Below the pieces are notes generated by a model, which worked only from the letters and a program-made list of their open reading frames with translations, was not told the DNA's origin and ran no database searches. Positions 25,264 to 37,239 of a DNA stretch of 64,000 nucleotides are shown in pieces. The DNA is from Oikopleura dioica (Eukaryota; Animalia; Chordata). Numbering within the stretch: position 1 is the stretch's first letter; the number at the start of each line of letters is the position of its first letter. Where the stretch lies: NCBI GenBank assembly GCA_907165135.1, contig OU015568.1, forward strand, positions 3,224,001 through 3,288,000, in the 5' to 3' direction. Made by a program: the position numbers and the translations under genes.

Positions 25264-28200
25264 ATGGCGGGGGATGAAAAACCTGAGCCATGGGACGCTA
25301 CGAAAAATATCGGTGAGTTAATGCTTACCCAAACTCTCATAAGTACAACACTCCTATTCAACCTTTTTTTCAGACGACCGACTTTTATTGAAGCAGCAAA
25401 AATGGCGACCTTATGTTGATTTCATTTTAAAATGCTTCTTTGCGCTTATTCTTTTCTGCCTCAATCTTGGAATTGATGTTCTGAGTCGGTCTCTTTTCTT
25501 GCTACTGTATGGAGACCATCAACTGTTAGTCAATTTGGATGATTTTGAAGAGAAAAAGAACGAAACAGAGTGCAATCTTCCGAGTAGAACCGTGGTTTTC
25601 GATAATTTATTGTATGTTATTCGACCATACAGGAACCGGCTTAGAGTTTTATTTAAAAGTTTTCTCCAAGCTTGTGGAGGTCATGTTGAACGTCATTTTT
25701 GTAGTTATCTTCTGAGCCGTGATAAACAGGATTTTCATGCTGACAGTGCCGATAATTTTGACCATAATAGGAGGGCTTTACCGGACATTTTTTCGGCTCA
25801 AGAGGCCGACCTTTGATCGTGCGATGGTCATTCATTCTGCTTATGAGCTTTTTGCTGGCGCTGTTTTGGCGTTTTTCGTCCTCAAAGTTGTCCACCACAT
25901 GCCCTACTTGGCGATTATTGCGATTTGTTACAGCGATAATTTGGTCACTGGATTTTATCAGATTCTCTGTCTGCTCAAGGTTGAATCTGGAAGACTGGTG
26001 TATCACCGAAATTCAGTCTTTGCCGAAGAATCATTCCAAAACGTCGACACTTATGGTCGCCAACTTGACCGACAAAGAACCAACAAATGCGAATTAACCT
26101 TCGTCTTGATTGGGTTTTTGCTTCAAGTTGCGTCCCTCGTCTTTGTTGGAATTTTAGGCATAGAATTTTTCGAAGGAATAAATCTCAACGACTGGATGCT
26201 GGAGGCAAGAGGATTTTTCTTGCTATTTTTCTTGGTCTTTACGTCTGGTCGTCACTGGATGACCTACCTGCCAGAAGTGAGCAAAAGCGCTTTCGATGCA
26301 TCAAATCAACGAGATGCCATGGCAGGAATCGACGTCTGCGCTGGGATTTTCAAAGCGATCGGCATTCTCATCCCCGCCCTGACCTTCATCTACATCCCTG
26401 ACGAAGAAATTGATCCCTCCATCATTGACGAGCGCCTTTGCTCCGCATTCACTACTTTTATTGGTTACATGATTGCTTTGTACATTGCCATTGTTTACGT
26501 CCAGCGCCACCTTTTGGGCCTTTCTTGTCAAATCCGCCTTCAATTTCTCTGTTTTTCTCTTCCAAGTCTTCTTGGACCATTGGTTTCCTTTGGAATTTGG
26601 TATAAAATGAGCTTCTCAACTGGACTTGGATTCGTCGAAACCGAGCTAATTTTATTCTTCAATAATGGAACGAATACCACGACTGCAACTTGCGAATTTG
26701 ATGTTCTCACGAGCCTGGATAATTTTCAAATCATCAATTTGCCCTCTGAATTCGTGCCGAACATCCCCTCATCCCTAACTGACCTGACAGAAAACACGAT
26801 TCTCGCCAACATGAATCTAGAGCTCATCGATCTCCTCTGGATCATCATCATCTCCGGTTTCGTCTCCAACATCATCCTCCTCCGCCATGTTTTCACAAAT
26901 CTCAACAACAAGCCCTACGCTAGAATCCGCGATCAATTCGTACACACGAGTTTTGAGCTCTTCAACATGCCCGTTCAGGAAATGAGTAACAGACGAGTCA
27001 AAGAGTACAACACGCTAGAAAAACTCAGCGTTAGCGATATGTCAGGCCATCCGCCGTACATTTTCATTTGCGTCCCACTCTGGCACGAAGAAGAAATTGA
27101 AATGGAGACGATGACCAGGTCGCTTTATCGAATGATCGAGCATCAGAAAATCAAGGCGAAGAGTGACCCAGCCTGCTACGAGCTAGAAGTTCATATCTTT
27201 TTCGATGCGCCATTCGAGAAAAAGAACTTGATGAAAAATCGCTCTGAAATCTACGATCGTGACATTATCGAATGGAAAGTCACAAACGAATGGGTCAATT
27301 GCTACATCAATGTGCTGAGAAAAATCGTCGATGGAAATGGAGAAGGCGATTGCTGGAAATTTGGCCAGGTTTATCCGACGCCGTATGGTGGCAAGATCGT
27401 TTATGATGTCCTTGGAACTGAATTTACGATTCATCTGAAGGACCCGGATAATGTCAAGAGGGGGAAAAGATGGTCGCAGATCATGTACCTTTACTATCTC
27501 TGTGGATGGAAAATGGACCAATGTCAGGAAAGTCGCAAAAAAATTCTTTTGAAACCTTATTAATTGTTAAATGACTTATTTATGCGCCTATTGAAAAGAT
27601 GACCAATTCAAAGGGCCAAAAGCTAAAAAAAGAAAACACTTACATTTTGGCGCTCGATGGCGATGTCGACTTCTTCCCAAATGACTTTGAATTAGTGCTT
27701 GCTCGGATGGTTGCTTCTCCGGATGTTGGGGCGTGTTGTAATCAAATTCATCCGAACGGATCAGGTACCATAAAAAGCGCCAGATCCGCGTTTTTTCTCA
27801 CCATCAATGAAATGAGTGTCAAAATTATTATTCATTTAGGACCGATGGTTTGGTTCCAGCGATTCGAGTACGCAGTTGGCCATTGGTTTCAAAAAGCGGC
27901 AGAGCATATCCTTGGCTGTGTGCTTTGCTCGCCCGGTTGTTTCTCTCTCCTACGAGTTTCAAATCTGATGAAGGATAATGTTATGGCTACATACAAAGGG
28001 ATCGCTACTGATGCCATGACAAAGCTCATGTACGATCAGGGAGAGGACCGCTGGCTCTGCACCCTGATCCTCCTCTCCGGCGGCAGAATCGAGTTCGAAG
28101 CAGGAAGTCACTGCCAAACCTTTGCTCCTGAAGACCCCGATACTTTTTCAAACAACGACGGCGCTGGGGACCAAGTACTTTTGTCAACATTTTCGAGCTC

Positions 28201-31200
28201 ATTTCCAACAAAAACATCGCTACGAAAATGAATCCTTATTTAACTTCCGCGTACATATTCTATCACATGCTTTCCATGTGCCTTTCGACTATTGGAGTGA
28301 CGACAACGCTCTTTGTCATTTGGGAAGGATTGGAGCTTGGGCTTGGGTCGGCCATAACGACGGGAGAAGCTTGGGCGCTGGTTTTCCTGCCTGTTTTGCT
28401 TTACGCGCTGATTTGCTGGAGAGGATCCGGGAAGAATCAACTTCTTTGGGCGAAGATTCTTTCAATACTTTATTCCATAATTATGGTCTTATTGATCGTC
28501 ACTGTGGCGATTGGTGTTAATGAATGCTCTTGGAACTTGACAGGATTGTTCATTCTCTTTCTGTCCGGAATTCATCTGGTCGCAGCGCTTCTTCACTGGG
28601 ACTTGAAGACGGCCATTTGCGGAATTATCTACTGGGTGGGTATTCCATTAAACTTCATATTCCTACAGATTTACATGATCGCAAATATCAACGATGTCAG
28701 TTGGGGAACACGATCTGCAGCAACAGGGCCCAAGAAAGAAAAGCTCACTTTCAAGCAAAAACTACGCGCTCTTGGGAAAAAACGATGGCCGGGCTTGAAA
28801 TTTTTCTGGAACTATTTAGTCAAGGGCGCCCCAGAAGGTATAGAAAAACCTGATGTTCCAGCTACGCCGCCAGTTGTCAGCTCCAGCAGCGAGATTGAAT
28901 CTGAAATGGACAAGAAGGGACCTGGAGATACTCCGGCTAGAAATGCGAGGCAATCTACTGTTGACTGGGCTACTGGGAACTTGATTGCGTTGGAGGAGGA
29001 TGATAAGTTTATTTCACCGTTTACAGTTCTTGGAGGAAATACGATTGCAGAGGCTAGATCAAGAGCGGGAATCGGAAGGAACAGCAATTTTCAACAATCA
29101 GTATACAGCGTTATGCAGGAATTGGATGAATAGATTTAAATAATCGGCAGATTTTTTAAGATCGAAATTAATGAATTTCGGCAATTTTGGCAATTAAAAA
29201 TTGATAGGCCTCATTTTGCATAAAAATATAGCGCAACATTTTCAGGGTGAAATAAGAATGTTCATCTCAGCAAAAGACAAGCGTAACCGCCCGCAAACGA
29301 TTACTACAAAAGACCAACTACAACATGCGGATGGCTCAAGACCTTCAGAAATTCGAAGCCCTCGCTGAGTCGCCAATTCAAGGTGATCCGGAGAAGATTA
29401 TCAAAGCTCTACAGGAGGAAGCAAAAACGACGATTCAGCTTAACGATGACACGAGGCCGCTTCTTGTCATGCGTGAAGTCGAAGAAAGTGCTGAAGCAGA
29501 GGAGGATGGTGAGGAAATGGAAAGCAAAGCGTTGGTCTATCGCTGGGTCAATAAAGAAATGGAGCAACGATTCATGGAATATTGCGCTTCGGACAAATTT
29601 TCAGCTTATGATCTTCCTACGATAAAAACGATTAGGGAACGAGAGTACAGTAGCTACAGAAAATACAGGGGCTTCAAAGAGTCACAAGGTTTTCCAGTTT
29701 TTCTTTCATGATCTCAACTTTTATTCAGGAATATGGGAAGACGGAAAATTCAATCCTCGGCCAGAAGAATCGCCGCGAGGAAAGAGCTCCTATTTGGACT
29801 GGGTTTTGAATATGCGCTCTCCGTTGTCCGACAAAATGAAGGTCTACGCTTTACCAGAAGCAGAACATGTTTTCTGGCAGCAAATGACTGCCCCTGGAAC
29901 GGGTTATCTAAGAGTGCCAAGCGCGGCGGAAGAGAAAGAAACGCGAATGAAAAATGATGAAATGGCGCAGCAGCTGACAGATTTTAGGTAAAATAAGGGG
30001 GACCATAATCGTGATTTCGACAAAAGTGTGTGGATTTTTCTCCAGCTAAAATTAAACGATGCGGCATCGTCGATGCCGAATATGCATATTACCTTTCAGA
30101 CGGGTCACGTAATGGGTAATCTACTAATCTCATAAATCTATTTCATAAATTGAAAATTCATAAACTTCATGAACATTCATAAATGAAAATTATTTTTCAG
30201 GAACAAAGTTGCGGGAGCGATGATTTTCATCAACATCCTCTTTTTTGTTTTCGCTCTCGTCATGAAACTACAAGGTGAGAATTCACTATTATAATTCATC
30301 GTTGATGAATCATCGTTACCTTTAAATTCAGCTGAACAGCTGCCCCCTGTCGAGTTGATCCTGCCCGTCGTTGCCGTAACCTGGGGACGCTATGATTCTG
30401 GATGTGACTGGATCAACTCTCAAGTACCAAAGGAGCTCAACCCTGAAAAATATCATATAAGCGCATCGAACTGTTCTCTTGAAGATACCGAAATAAGTCC
30501 ATTTTCTATCATTTATGATACACAGCAACTTATTCAACGTGAAGGCGAAGTAGAAAATTTTGCTTTTCAATGCTCTGACTACATTGCCGTGAGTAAAAGT
30601 CAAATTGAGGAAGAGATAACGAGAAATATCGTCATCTAAAATGATTTTTTCAACATATTTTTAGTCGCTGAATGGTTGGGATGAAATCGAACTCCGGCTT
30701 CCAATTTTCCAACTTTTCTTCCTTGTCCTCTACATTCTGCTTATGTCTATGCAAGTGATTTGCATGTTGATTCATCGATGGTCGACCCTGATGCACTACT
30801 TGGCCAATATCAGCTACAAATCCTTCCGGCTCGAGCTCAGTAGAATCAACGATACTAACAGACGTACGTCAATTCTTTTCTTTACCAAAAATCATTATTT
30901 TCAAAGAAATGGCGAGCATACGCGAAAACGGAGTGCACAAAGATGATAAACAATGGTCGATGGCTTTTAGGGATTTCGCCCTTGACTTGATGAAATTGAC
31001 CTTTGCCGTGAATTCGAGCGCAGGGAATGACGGAAATTCTCGGGAAGACAAATGGATGGAGCTTTACCGAAGGTAATTTCTTTTCAAAAGCAATGCTTCC
31101 CATTATTTATTCTCCAGAACAACTCATCGCGCGTTGGAAATGAACCCAGACATGCCGAAAAAGGGAATGTACCGCCTCTCAACACGAAAATCTCAAGCTC

Positions 31201-31403
31201 CTTGGATCCCATCCGGCCCGAACAGATTTAGCGAGCGCTTCAGCCGGTTTCAATCGTCGATCAGAAAAAGCATGAAAAAATTTTCTCGGCGAACGTCTGA
31301 GAAAATTGAGAAAGAAGACGAGAGACGACCAAAATCTTCCAAGTCGGATTCAGCGACTCATAGAGCAACGAGATTTATGATAGACGATGAAATTATAGTT
31401 TAA
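25264..31403 (+). CDS. CHS: Chitin synthase (metazoan type); 1-nt frameshift in this sequence at ~28144-28148
   Basis: KRWSQIMY, ILALDGDVDF, WFQRFEYAVGHWFQKAAEHILGCVLCSPGCFSLLR, DQGEDRWLCTL, QRRRW (shifted frame), NDVSWGTR, and C-terminal FRNK..FINILF and MLIHRWSTLMHYLA. Confidence 0.95.
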
Positions 31404-31465
31404 ATTGTGTATGACTGTAAATATATGAAAAGACTCTTACCACTGACCCTTTGATTTTTTTTTCT

Positions 31466-31795
31466 TTAGTTGACTTTTGTGAACGCTCTCACTATAAGTG
31501 CGGAAGCAACAAAAGGCGCAGCGATTGATGACAGGAAGTTTATATTCGCACCGATAAGGTGCTCCAACAGAGAAATTCTCCTATTTTTGCCATATTGTTC
31601 ATCAAAAAATGCAATTCTATCTTGCTGTAATTTGATTGTTATGCTTTGATTTTCGACTGTTTTCTTGAGATCATTGATCGTCTTCTTCATTTCGATGTAT
31701 TCTTCTCGGAGAAATCCGTTGTCTTTCTCAAAATGATCTAATCGTTGAAGCAAGGACTCGAATTGAGCAGCAGCAGCACTTGATTCCCAGTCCAT
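31466..31795 (-). CDS. Small coiled-coil protein with a C-terminal hydrophobic segment
   Basis: MDWESSAAAAQFESLLQRLDHFEKDN...APFVASALIVRAFTKVN*. The ATG directly follows a ctctcAG acceptor. Confidence 0.55.
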   Translation of the reverse strand: MDWESSAAAAQFESLLQRLDHFEKDNGFLREEYIEMKKTINDLKKTVENQSITIKLQQDRIAFFDEQYGKNRRISLLEHLIGANINFLSSIAAPFVASALIVRAFTKVN

Positions 31796-31964
31796 CTGAG
31801 AGTTTTGATCATTTTGCCGGTCCTTTCTCTGGTAGTACGATCCGAGAGTACTCTCTGAATACGTTGAAGTCATTCTAGACGAAAAAAAATGTAGAATTCC
31901 GAAAAACCCGATTTGAGAACTAACCGCGCGAATTCTTAAATCATTTATCATGGAAGTCCGCAAA

Positions 31965-33277
31965 CAGGGTTCCAATTTTTCTCAAAAAATATTTGAGCGG
32001 AGCGAGCGGCTGAGCGGTCGACCAAAAAAAATATTGAGCTGAGCGAGCGGCTGAGCGGACGGTTGAAAAAAAAATTTGAGCGAGCGAGCGGACTTTGAGC
32101 GGAATTTTTTTTTATGAAAAAAAATATTATTTTTCTTTCTATTTGATAATATTTCGACAAAGGTCAGTAGATTTGACCGCAGTACGAAGGGCCGAGATCT
32201 GTCCGCGAGAGAAAAGATAAAGATATCGAGCAATTGCTCTCGTTTCTTCCTAAGACAACCTTCTCTAACTTCTCTAGCTGACATTCGGACATCGTCGCCT
32301 TCGATCATCTTCTTTCTTATAAGGGATCGGAAAAGAGGGTTGAAAATCTGTAAAAAGGATTAGGAGGGTAGACAGCTAACCACGGAGGGTCCACTTAGTC
32401 CTCTCCACTAAGTCCTGTCCACTTCGCACATCCAGGCATAAGTTAATGCGGCATAACCCTTTCCTTTTTTCTGAAGGAATGAAAAATTACGCGCAAGAAA
32501 GCTTATAAGGAAGCAAAAGGGCGCTGAAAAAGGGATTGAAAAAATGGGGAATTTTCGATTGAAAAAGGATCGGGAGGTCAAGGGTAGACAGCTAACCACA
32601 AAGGGTCCACTTCGCACACCCTTGCATAACCTTCTCATTTAGGTAGTATGTGGTAATTCGTCGGGGTCGCCCCGACAAATGAAAGATGAAATAACAGTCA
32701 TTCGTCGGGGTCGATCCCGACAGATTGAAGACCAAAAATACAATTGTTCAATTGTTCGACCCCGACAAATAGGTGTGTTTTTTATCTTCAATCTGTCGGG
32801 ATTGAACCCCGACGAATAACCGTTATTTCATCTTTCATTTGTCGGGGCGACCCCGACGAATTACCACAGACTACGCTCATTTACAATAAGGGCCTTATTA
32901 TAAGTGTGTCAAAGATTTCAGGTTAAAAAAAAGATAGGGAGGCCAAGGGGGACTAGGGTTCTGATTTTTTCTCTGGTATTCCTCGAGTAGAAAGGGAGCT
33001 TTTAAGCTTCTTCCAATCAGAGCATGAAATGGTCTGACTAGCTCTGAGTGATCATTTCGCGATGCACTCGCAGGGGACCAATAGAATTGCAAGAAAAATG
33101 CCACTAATGCTTAGTCGCCGCTCACTCCGCTCAACTGCTTTCGCTCAATTGAGCGAGCGGGTGAGCGAGCGGAAATAATCTGGCTTTGATCTGAGCGAGC
33201 GAGCGACCGCTCACCGCTCGCTCATTGCTCGCTCACGCTCAAATACCGCTCATCGCTCAACTAAAATTGGAACCCTG
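31965..33277. mobile_element. Non-autonomous hAT-like DNA transposon, 1313 bp
   Basis: Perfect 15-bp TIR CAGGGTTCCAATTTT, 8-bp TSD TCCGCAAA (31957-31964 and 33278-33285), and subterminal GAGCG/CGCTC arrays at both ends. Confidence 0.9.
32642..32875. mobile_element. Palindromic MITE (234 bp) nested in the hAT-like element
   Basis: Long inverted arms (TGTGGTAATTCGTCGGGGTCGCCCCGACAAATGAAAGATGAAATAAC and its reverse complement). 8-bp direct flanks CTCATTTA at 32634-32641 and 32876-32883. Confidence 0.88.
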
Positions 33278-33732
33278 TCCGCAAATATTGAAGTTTTTCG
33301 ATATTAACATCACCTTCTTCATCAAATAGGACTTTCTGTCCAAAGGATACTGCAGTTATTCATAATATGAAAGAAATAAGAATATGATGAAAAGTCTCGT
33401 CGAATGATTTACAATAATTTCTTTTTATTAGCAATGATACGTAATCATAATAACGATTTACTTCATTTTGGAAGAACGATGTTACACGTGGGCGTGGTGC
33501 ATAATGATGAGTAAATATTACGTTACGGTAAAAACGTGGTGCTCAAACAAAAGCTCAAATTGGCCTATTTCGTTTCGATTGAGCCCGTTTTCGACACGGC
33601 AATAGTCCGCCCGTAGGCTCCGTTTCTCGCCTCTGACCACGCAGCGGATAACCCAAAGTGGTCGGCTTTTTCCCTTTCAAAACAAATCAAACCTACTTTC
33701 AACTCAAACAAAGGAGCCCTAGAGAAAGAAAA

Positions 33733-34600
33733 ATGGATACCTGGACTGCTGAAGAAAACGCTGTTGAAGTTTCCGCCGCCCCAGAGCAGGCACCAGAGGT
33801 CAGCCGGAATTTGAACTTAGAATTCTTTAGTTCAATGAATCTTTTTATTCAAAATATTTAAAAAGTCCATCATAAATATATTTTAAATATTTTATACGAA
33901 AAAGACAATAATCTAATAAAGTTCTTGAGACAAAAAAAACTGTCTTATAATTGGAAAATCTTTTCGGATAACTTTGAGTTCTGAAAAACTAGAATTTTTG
34001 AAATTTGCTATGTAATCTTAGCAAAATCTAATTCATTCTTTCGTAGGAAGCTCCAAAGCAGAAATCAATCAATGCCAGCGAACTGAGCATTCCCCAACTT
34101 CAGCAGCTTGGAAGTAAGATCCTCCTCCCTACGCCCCTTTTTTACTCCATTCTAGAGCGAGTTCATGCCGAGTCTCAACAACTCAACGCCGCTGTCGGCT
34201 CCCTCAAATCCGCAGGCACAAACTACGTTGGTTCCAAAATGGCCGTCAGCGACTGGAAAGCGGCGAAAGAAAGGAACGACCTTGACATTTTCGTCCCCTA
34301 CACGAATCTGCTCTTTGTTCGAGGAAAGATTGATGTTGAAGCTCCTATGCTTGTCGAGCTCGGAGCTGGAGTTCTCATGGAGAAAAATGATGAACGTAAA
34401 GTTTTAAAAGAGAACTCTTCTCATGAATTCATTTTTCAGAGACAATCGAGTTCTTCGAAAAACGACTTCAAATGGTCTCTGGCTCACTGAACAAAGTCGG
34501 CAACCAGCTTCAGCAAAAGCAGTTCGCGAAAATGGCGATCGGCAAAGAAATCGAGCAGAAGATGAAAAACATGCAGCTTTACAACAAAATCTACGAGTAA
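33733..34600 (+). CDS. PFDN5: Prefoldin alpha subunit (PFDN5-like)
   Basis: LSIPQLQQL, IFVPYTNLLFVRGKID..MLVELGAGVLMEK, TIEFFEKRLQMV; four exons in phase. Confidence 0.8.
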
Positions 34601-34896
34601 CCCTAGTTCCTATCCTTTAGTTTCAATACCCTATTCTACCCCAATTTCTATTCTATTTGTAGCTTCGAATATTTAATACAAGAAATTCTAGAGTTCTGTT
34701 ATTTATCACTTGCGTTTTTGAACTGAAAATGCTCGTTGAATAAAAAAGTTTTTGTTTTGCCAAAGATTTTACTTTCAGTTTTTATTCTCTTCCCCTCGAT
34801 GGTGCTTCCTGTCTTTTGATTTGATATAATAAATATTTCAATCAATTGAGAATTTTTTAAAAAATAAGTTTTTATTTCTTTTTTTTTCTTCCATAG

Positions 34897-36378
34897 CGAA
34901 ATGACACCCCCTCTTTTGTCGTTTTCTTGGAGTTCCTACAACAAAGAGCTTGCAATTTCCAAGCAAAAATGCCAAGAGAAGTTGAAGACGTCTACGCAGA
35001 TAATGATCTTACTCTCTCCCTCGGAGAAGTCAATGCTTTCGGCCTTTTGATAATTATCTACATCGCCTGTATTTCTGTCATTGTAACTAAGAAACAGATT
35101 CGCGGGGAGTTCAAGCCATGTCATTTTTGGTTCACAGGGCTCAAGAGAAGAAATGGAGGTGTTTTTGTGAACGCAAGGAAAGATGACTTCTCTTCGAGAG
35201 CGCTTTTTCTTGTCTACCGAATAGTGAGCCTAGGATATTGGCTGGCTTTATGGTTAAGGGAATCACTCTTATATTTTTTTCTTGATTTTTTAATTCTTGA
35301 TTCTCTATGAAAGATCTATTCCTTAGTTCTGCAGATTTCAAATGGGGAAAACTACATCAAGATTTTCCCGAATTGGAGCGATACTGCTGTCCTTCTGTTT
35401 CTAGCAGTGTCGACTTTCGAAACGATTTGGCAATTTGCCCTTCTGAGAAAAGGAGATAGAGAGCAAAACTCCTCGGAAAGCGCCTCCTGGTTGACTTATT
35501 TTTCTCAATTTTTATTTGAAACAGCGCTGATGCTTTCTTTCATCAATACTGCTCTCATCCATACTTTCCGGTAAGAAGCCTTTTTTATTATCTTTCTGAT
35601 CATTTCTAGCTACAAACTCCCGCTGCTGAAAATGCCATTCTACCACTTTCATAGTTTCGTTTCTGGAGCTTTTATCATGTCCACCGAGCTTTTTATTGGA
35701 AGTCTTCCAGTGCGATTTTATCACTTCATCTACTCCATTCTGGTGTTGCTGATTTATTGCTTGACTCAGTTTGCCCTCGATCCTCAAAATTTGCACCTCT
35801 TTCCATTATGGGATGAAACAAGGCTTTTATCTTCAAGCAGAAATAAGCTCAAAGAATCGATTTTGACTGGAATTTTTCTTGGTCTTTTTGTCCATTTGTT
35901 TCTTTTTTCCCTATCTGCGGTCAAGGTAATTGACAACAAGAGTCAATTTTTTTAGTTTTAGTGGCTATACTGGCTGAACCCAACGAGTTTTGTGAAGAAT
36001 GAATACCGAGTGGTCGTTAAAACACGTGATCTTCAACAAGAAAAAAGTGAGGAAGCAACTTGCGATTTTCTTTTTTCTTATATTTTCTAGTGATTTCCGA
36101 TCCAAAGGCAAAACTGAAGTACATCAGCCGAGTCGCTGGAATGCTCGCAAGCGCAGGTATAGAACATCAAGACTTCATCAACCGAGATATTTCTTTTTCT
36201 AGACAAGCAGCTTGAATCGCTGAGAAGACAATCAAGAACCTCTTTATCCACGAAGCTTTCCGAACTAACAGAACAACTGAAAGCGATGTCACGACCACAG
36301 ACTCGCCAGAAATCGCAATCTGCGGAACACCCAAGCGATGAGTATTTAGGCATTGAAAATCGAAATTACACGATGTAA
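34897..36378 (+). CDS. Multi-pass membrane protein, rolling stone-like
   Basis: LFLVYRIVSLGYWL and HSFVSGAFIMSTELFIGSLPVRFYHFIYSILVLLIY...LFPLWD...LFVHLFLFSL resemble the rolling stone family. The 3' exons join in phase to ...ENRNYTM*. The start is uncertain. Confidence 0.6.
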
Positions 36379-36478
36379 AGATTCTTTCAAATAAAATAGT
36401 TTTTTTAATTGAATGGTTTTATTAACAGCTGGCAGTTTTTAAGCGAAATATACAGTCATATGATAAACAGTTGTTTGA

Positions 36479-36865
36479 TTAGATAAAGCGCATTTCTTTA
36501 GCAATTCTGTCGAATCTTCTACCAGATGAATATACTGGAAGTTTTTTATACAGTCTTCTTTGACGTCTGAGCTCTCGATTTTCAGTTTTTGTTGATCGCT
36601 TTCTTGAGTTTTTATGAACTTTGCTTCTTGCTGAGCTTTTGAGCTTTTTCCAAGATCGTGATTTTCTACGACTTGATTTTTTATCATTTCTGATTTTCCT
36701 TGATTGCTTCAATTTCTTGGTTTTTCGTCTACTTTTCGTATTTGGAAAGGTTACGGTTGTTTCAAGCTGCGTTCTGGTGGATTCAGAGAGCTCTTGAATT
36801 GGTTTGGCCTCTAGAATTGTTGCGAGAAAAGCTGTCAAAAAGAGGAAGCTGAGAAAAGTATTCAT
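36479..36865 (-). CDS. Putative secreted Lys/Arg/Ser-rich protein; reading frame of the 3' half uncertain
   Basis: Signal peptide MNTFLSFLFLTAFLATILEA, then a highly basic ORF. An overlapping alternative frame (36439..36687) is also open. Confidence 0.45.
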   Translation of the reverse strand: MNTFLSFLFLTAFLATILEAKPIQELSESTRTQLETTVTFPNTKSRRKTKKLKQSRKIRNDKKSSRRKSRSWKKLKSSARSKVHKNSRKRSTKTENRELRRQRRLYKKLPVYSSGRRFDRIAKEMRFI

Positions 36866-37239
36866 TTTTTCTTGCTGTTTGTTGTTTTGATTTTAGTAAA
36901 TGTGAGTTTCCGGCAGGACTCATTGCCTATAAAACACGCCAGAACCACCCAGTCGACTATTTTTAGAAGCAAAAGTGTCAAGAGCTACCTTAAAATAGTA
37001 ACCTGGCCGACATTTATTAATCTCCCAGATGCGCGCTAATCAAAAGAACAATTTATTGGTTCGTGAACTCATCAAGCCTGCTTTTTTTCTTTCTTGTTAT
37101 GAAGAATTGATAGTACGGAAATTTTTCGTGAAGAAAAGAAAAGTAAGTACAAGTATCGGCAGTTTATTTGAGTTTTTAGAAAAATGAGTGATAATTTAGA
37201 ATATAATATTGGTAGACAAGAATTTAGGCTTCAGCTCAG

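Larger units (their letters stand above)
31809..33466 (-). pseudogene. Small gene (~60 aa) whose internal exon is interrupted by the hAT-like element
   Basis: Removing 31965-33277 and one TSD gives a 104-nt exon (AG at 33350-33351, GT at 31924) reading SFGQKVLFDEEGDVNIEKLQYLRTSMINDLRIRA. It splices in phase to NDFNVFREYSRIVLPEKGPAK*. The start codon is tentative. Confidence 0.45.

Noticed and set aside
25713-25715. In-frame TGA just upstream of the long chitin synthase ORF, suggesting readthrough or a nonsense mutation
   Set aside because: It lies inside a canonical GT-AG intron 25612-25729 that joins VVFDNL-LIFMLTVP in frame.
31990-33260. Short repeated units (GAGCG arrays, GTCGGGG units) resembling a CRISPR array
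   Set aside because: No constant repeat with unique spacers and no cas genes in this eukaryotic context; they are transposon subterminal repeats.
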